Positions 61,451 to 64,000 of a stretch of 64,000 nucleotides of DNA are shown here, in pieces. Source of the stretch: the human T2T-CHM13v2.0 reference genome, Homo sapiens. The stretch lies in the NCBI RefSeq assembly GCF_009914755.1, contig NC_060925.1. The stretch is one strand, 5' to 3'. The translations under genes and the position numbers were made by a program. The notes below the pieces were generated by a model. The model had not been told where the DNA came from and did not search any database. It saw only the letters and a program-made list of their open reading frames with translations. How positions within the stretch are numbered: the stretch's first letter is position 1; each line of letters opens with the position of its first letter.

Positions 61451-63350
61451 TTTTAAAAGATTCTAAATTGTCCTTTACTTCCAATACAAAGAAAGATGAA
61501 ATTATAACTATATGCTGTTAAAGTTTTGATGTATGGCCTGCCACCCTCTTTCAACAGCCCTGGACAACTATTCCTAGTACTTAGCACAGTGCCTGGCCCC
61601 AGAAGAGTAGACGGAAAGAATAAAAGAATGAATGGACCTGTCCTTGGAAATAGAGGTGTGGCCACATGTACGCTGTGCCCTTTCTGTCATTAAATCACAC
61701 TTTCCTTTCCAACCATCTCACTCAGCCTGAGTTGCCATCCAGTGTAATGATTCAGGGTAATTGTGCTTAGGGACGATTGCTAGTGGGATAGCAAGGAGTT
61801 GCAATTCAGCCCTGGCTGTGCTCTGAATTCATTAGTGAATTCATTTTCCAGCTTCGTGTCCTGCTCAGAAGAATGATCCTCTCTCCAAGCAGGGCATTGC
61901 TGTCTTTCTCATACTTAGCAATAACAACCAAAAACAAACCCAAGGAAATAAAATCACCAGGGAGGCTTTCCTCTTTAATTAAGGAGTTCTAATGAGTCAC
62001 AGTCTCACCATGCATGGGACTCAATTATCCTTTATAAATAGGGGATTGTGAATGTGGGATGTGTTTTCTTTTGCAGCCCTGCTGCTATTTCTCCTTTGTT
62101 TCCTTCTCCTGGTGCTGCTGCTTCTCTCTGTACACGTGTATGCACATATGTGAAATTGATGACATAAAGAAGATCCAAATCTCTTCGCCTAGTCAACTTG
62201 AAGTTGTAAGATTCCTTGAGTGTCATTGAGAAATGTAATAGGGAGTGGGTGGCTTGGCTGGTAGCTTAAATGGTGCCAATGATTGTAAAGTCATAGGTAC
62301 CATCCCCCAAAAGCCAGAATGATTTCCTCTGTTCTGCTGACACAGAGAGCATCACAAATCTTGGCAAATATATCATTGGTTACATGGTTGATCAGACAAG
62401 GCAGGGAGGAGTGAATCGTGTCAAATGGACCACCACCACTGAAACTCAAACCTGCCCCCACGCTGGTGATTTTTGTGGATTCCTTTAAGAGGAATGGTGA
62501 GTGTCTTCTAAGAGTAAGAAGGGTTAGCAGTGTTCCAGCTTACCTACAAAATGTGAAACTGAGAAAGCCCACTGGGGCGACTTCCATCTTTATTGCTAAA
62601 GAGTAAGAAATAGAGACTTGGTCATTCTCACTGTCATTTTTGTGATTTTTCTGAACCTGAAGGTATATAATGAGGAAAAATGAGACAAATTCAAGCAAAG
62701 AGAAATTTGGGCAGAATCTCTGGAGGGAAAAATAATCATGGTGAAATCCATTAGACTACGTAATAGTCATCCCCAAGGGGGATGACGTAAGCCTCATAGT
62801 TGCAGTCATTTAAATGTAGACTGAACCATGCATTTGTGAGCAGACCCCAGGGAACAATCCTGCATTGCACAGGGGATAGGGAAAGCGATAGGCCAGATGA
62901 CCTAATAGATCTTCTGTAACTTAATTTCTAGGGTTGTGGGATCCTAATTAAAATGAACTATATTGCCTGTTATGAACCCTCCATGTTAATATTCTGTAAG
63001 GTCTCCAGGCAAGTCAAGGGGGTCTTGGCTTTTTCTTATTTCTTTTGAGCCAGAACCCACAGGCTGCCTTAAGCACCTAGCTGCTGTCCATCACTTCTTA
63101 TAGCTGACAAAGCTTGACTTAAAAAAAAGTTTTTAAAGAAAATTACAGCACATATTATGAACTAACATTTTATACAAATTAATTGAGTGAAATGAGAGAA
63201 GTATGCTTCATTCTTTGACCTGTGATAATAAATATTCTTCCGGTCAATAACACGACGGTGAGTCAGCCCTGCGATGGAGGCAGTTGTCGCCATATAACAC
63301 ACAGGACTCCAATCTGCTTCCTCACATCTAGTGCTGACTTTTCCTTTTAG

Positions 63351-63724
63351 CTTTAATGATGTTTGAAAGGGAATATTGACGCTGGAAAAATCTTAGAGAG
63401 GCTCCACCAATCACAGACGAGCGCAATTCTCCACTAATGTGGGCCTCTTTTCCTTGACTTCCTCTAGACATGGAACTCCACTGAGGATTCTCAGGCAGGG
63501 CCACTGGCGAGCTGGCCAGAGCTGCTCTGAGAACCACCAGTGAAGGGCAGAGGGCACTTTAGCCCCAAAAGTAGTAGCAGTTTAGGGCAGGTGGAAGAGA
63601 CGGGTGGTTCAATTGCCCCATGTGGCGTTTCAGGTGGGCCACATGGGTCAATTGAGTCTTATCAACTTGTGTCTTATCTAGCAATTGAATGCCATTGCTA
63701 GATAAGAGTGGTGACCTCCAGCTG
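63351..63724 (+). other. Candidate 374-nt non-coding exon containing three hairpins
   Basis: Branch-like gctgac plus ttttccttttag acceptor; CTG|GTAAGT donor; upstream ACG|GTGAGT donor at 63257/63258; no long ORF on this strand. Confidence 0.35.
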
Positions 63725-64000
63725 GTAAGTTATTTTATCAGCCTTGTCCCATCCCAAGGATCCCCAAAAAGGCCACAGAACTCTGCCAGCAGGAAGTAGA
63801 CACCGGTGTGCATCAGAGAATATCAAACTCTACCTATTTTAAATTTATAAACTGGATTCTAATTAGCCTGCAGGGAGTTTCCATGGAAATTGGAGATATC
63901 ACTTTGCAACAGTATAAGATCACAGCATCAAGTAGACGGGAAAAGTGGAAAATCTCTATTCTTTTAGGAATCAGCTGGAGTCACCTCGCTATGAAATTGT

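Noticed and set aside
63477-63729. H/ACA snoRNA or tRNA interpretation of the hairpin cluster
   Set aside because: I could not place an ANANNA hinge and terminal ACA, or tRNA A/B boxes; left unclassified.

Overview
Primate (most likely human) non-coding genomic DNA, either intronic or intergenic. I find no credible protein-coding gene: the listed ORFs are Alu, L1, LTR or microsatellite read-throughs, or chance frames. About half or more of the window is interspersed repeat: about 24 Alu/Alu-monomer copies (many with readable target-site duplications, TSDs), several L1 relics, L2 and MIR, MaLR/ERV1/ERVL solo LTRs, DNA transposon MITEs (MER75 piggyBac, MER2, MADE1, MER5, MER94) and one Y1 RNA retropseudogene. 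Highlights: (1) A nested L1-ORF1 > MER75 > MER50 insertion. It puts a strong-Kozak LTR ATG in frame with the PGBD4-like transposase N-terminal remnant, giving a 75-aa chimeric micro-ORF. (2) Three adjacent hairpins with a GATA cluster at 63.5-63.7 kb, inside a candidate spliced non-coding exon that follows a 93-nt mini-intron. (3) Several local templated-duplication or micro-inversion scars, including an inverted MER31 LTR terminus next to a ~267-bp tandem duplication. Repeat family names come from my recall of consensus sequences, not from a database search. Subfamily calls and the boundaries of old elements are approximate.
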